Source: Octopus vulgaris (taxonomy: Eukaryota). Taken from it: a stretch of DNA of 64,000 nt. The notes below the pieces were generated by a model. The model was not told the DNA's origin. It saw nothing but the letters and a program-made list of their open reading frames with translations, and made no database searches. The stretch spans positions 70,494,001-70,558,000 of the forward strand of contig OX597819.1 of NCBI GenBank assembly GCA_951406725.2, given 5' to 3'. Positions 61,297 to 64,000 of this stretch are shown here, one piece after another. Within the stretch, counting starts at the first letter, position 1. The number at the start of each line of letters is the position of its first letter. Made by a program: the position numbers and the translations under genes.

Positions 61297-62095
61297 TGCA
61301 GCGTGGAAGGTGTTTATAAGCCATTTAAGAAACACACAAAAACCATTAGATTCACTTCAACGTTTAAATTTTAATTTGCCAAAATATTTTCATCGCTTTG
61401 AGACCATGACCTGTTCACTGACAAAATTCCGTATGATTGTGTGTGTGTGTGAATGCCAAAATTATTAAATGCATAAATGGTACAAATTTCATTTTATTTT
61501 TCTAACCATTGAAGTTTCAAAATTTTCGCAGGATTCTGTTTACACAATCTTATCATCTTATCTATTTTCCTTTCCTGAAACACAAATTCTAAGCAGTGCA
61601 AAACTTTTAAATATTATTTTTACTACAAAAATTTTTTTTTTAATATATTAATGTGTAATTCTTGATGGCAACCATTAAAAATAAATAATTAGGAATATGC
61701 ATACAGTGTACATGTGTAAGATATACATACAGACATACATACACATATATTGTGTGTGTGTTGTAAGCTCATTCCAAGGTTTGTTGTTTTGCACAAAATG
61801 TAAGTAGGATGGTCTTAAAACAAATTTTTAAAAAATGTTTTCAAATGTTTGTGTGTCTGTGTTTGTCCCCCTTCCATTGCTTGACAACTGATATTGGTGT
61901 GTTTGCGTCCCCTGTAACTTAGTGGCTTGTCAGAAGAGACCAATAAAATAAGTACTAGGCTTACAAAGAGTAAGTCCTGGAGTCGATTTGTTCGACTAAA
62001 GGCAGTGCTCCAGCAGGGTCACAGTCAAATGACTGAAACAAGTAAAAGAGTAAATGTTGGTTTGTTTATGGCCCCCATAACTTAGTGGTTTGGCA
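60185..62095 (+). repeat. Local direct duplication of ~330 bp (60185-60510 and 61761-62095)
   Basis: Shared unique flank TTGTAAGCTCATTCCAAGGTTT..GTAAGTAGGATG plus the same SINE tail and the same junction AAAAGAGTAAATGTTGGTTTG. Confidence 0.85.
61375..61425 (-). ncRNA. Hammerhead-like motif with G3/C8 swapped core
   Basis: UUUGUCA-GUGAACA-G-GUCAU(GGUCUCAAA)GCGAU-GAA-AAUAUU-U-UGGCAAA: 7-bp stem I and palindromic stem III. Confidence 0.6.
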
Positions 62096-64000
62096 ACAAG
62101 AGACCGATGGAATAAATGCCAGGCTTAAAAAAAAATAAGTACTGAATTTGATTGGTTTGACTAAACCCTTTATGTTGGTGCCCCAGCATAGCTGCAGTCC
62201 TATGACTAAAACAAATGAGAAAAAAAAACAAGGAAAATTTATATTTCTTCATTTATTAAGTCTAATTGCATGAGTGTGTGATTGGCAGTGATTTTCAGTT
62301 ACAACACACAAAATACTCCACAATATGAAAATAGTGAGGGTGTATAATATATTTCAATGATGATCCTACTAACAAACAACAATCATGGCTCCAAGTTCCC
62401 TGCCATGCAGAGCCTTGCACTTTTTAGATGGACATATTGACTTAAGTCTACAACATGTCTGTCTGAAGAGTGTAAGGTTTTCCTTTGCATGAAACTCAGA
62501 AGCATGCTTTTTGCTCTTTAGTTATGATTGTCTTGAAATTCTGTGTGTGTGAAAGACTTTTCTATAATGAAGTATGGAGTGAGAGAATGAGAGGGAATGA
62601 TAGATGCTGATAAGCATGTTTGCTTGCAGTTTGTATATATTCCTGTATACACACCAGAAGAATAGATAAGCTCATGTCAATTGAAAGACAAGACTATCTT
62701 CCCTGCCATCTGTGCAAGAAAGTCTATACTTGACTCTAATATTTAGGGATTGTAAAAAGGAATAACAAAAGGTGTCTTTATTATGTTTATTGATATTTTT
62801 TTGAGTGAGTGTGAGGTGGGACCCCACACTGTAAATACAGAAAGAGAGAGAGAGAGAGAAGAGAATTGGGTTGCAAAACTTTCAGCTTTAAACATTTTAT
62901 TCTCTATTATCTGTTTTATATATGATAGCTGCAGGTTTACTTCCCTACTACATGGTTTCAGGTTCAGTCCCACTGTGTGGCACCATGGGCAAGTGTCGAC
63001 CAAAACCTTGTGAGTGGATTTGGTTGACAAGCTGAAAGATGCCTGTCTTGTGTGTGTGTGTGTGTGTGTGTATGTGAACTTTTGTCTTGACATCACATGA
63101 CTGTAAACAAGCATTATGATCATCAGACAAGGGATGTTGTTCACATCCAGTCTTCCATGGCAAACATGTCTGACCTAGGGGAAACATCGCCTGCAGGGAA
63201 ACAGACGAGTGTTGGTAACAGGAAGAGCATCCAGCCATAAAAAAAATTTACCCCAACAAATTTCCTCTGAGTCATGCAAGCATAGGAATATGGATATTAA
63301 ATGATGGTGATGTTCAGCTGAGAGAAATTACATCAATAGACATGTCTCCATATATAAAAACATCCATTTATGAACACACACACATTTATGCATTTATAAA
63401 CACATACATGTACACATAAATAATTACAAGAAACGTAAACATTTTATGAATGACTGCATCTATAGTTTAATTATTGCATTTTTTCCCCTAAATAATTATT
63501 CAAATCATCATATTGTTCTTCTAAATCTTTTTTTTTTTTTGCCTATAATGTAGAGGAGCAAACCAACTTAATATTTTTAACATTAAAGAAGAATGTTGTA
63601 GCTTTGCTTGAAGCATTGTGATAAAGAAGTAAAATAATAATAATAATAATAAATGAAATAATGATAATAATAATAATGAAGATGGAGAACTTACAATACG
63701 AAAATGAGAAAGTTTTATAACTTTCAGATGTTTTGGGCATGAAGACTCATCAGAAGTAAAACAGTCAAGAATTGCGAGTCTATGCAGTGTTAGCCACATT
63801 GACTCACATTTCTTGACTGTTTTACTTCTGACGATGGGACTTTGTGTTCAAAATACCTAAAGGTTATTAATTGTTTCTCTTTTCGTATTGTAAGAAGCTG
63901 TCTGTCTTCAATATTTTTGTTGTTGTTAACATTAGTTGTATTTAATGACTAAATTCCGGGAGAACTTGCTTCATATATTTCTTATCTTCCAACATTTTCT

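Overview
AT-rich, repeat-dense animal genomic DNA. The tRNA-derived SINE families and (TA)n/(CA)n microsatellites look like an octopus or other coleoid genome; this is an inference, not a database match. One + strand multi-exon gene spans most of the window: 7 GT-AG exons from 4816 to about 56310, with the 5' exons not found here. It encodes a strongly diverged clathrin heavy chain N-terminal beta-propeller (terminal domain) plus the start of the linker. Instead of the clathrin leg repeats, the protein then runs into an Asn/Thr/Ser low-complexity tail and a stop. The introns hold many SINEs, a 5'-truncated CR1-type LINE with an open RT ORF, RTE, Penelope and mariner relics, hAT and Helentron-type MITEs, a tRNA-Asp pseudogene and a 26-28 bp minisatellite. 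The most unusual pattern is more than ten type I minimal hammerhead-ribozyme motifs from several unrelated repeat families. They include a tRNA-headed (Pol III) SINE carrying a hammerhead and an apparent G3-C8 core-swapped variant, and many sit in Penelope-style inverted repeats. All structures and alignments were done by eye.
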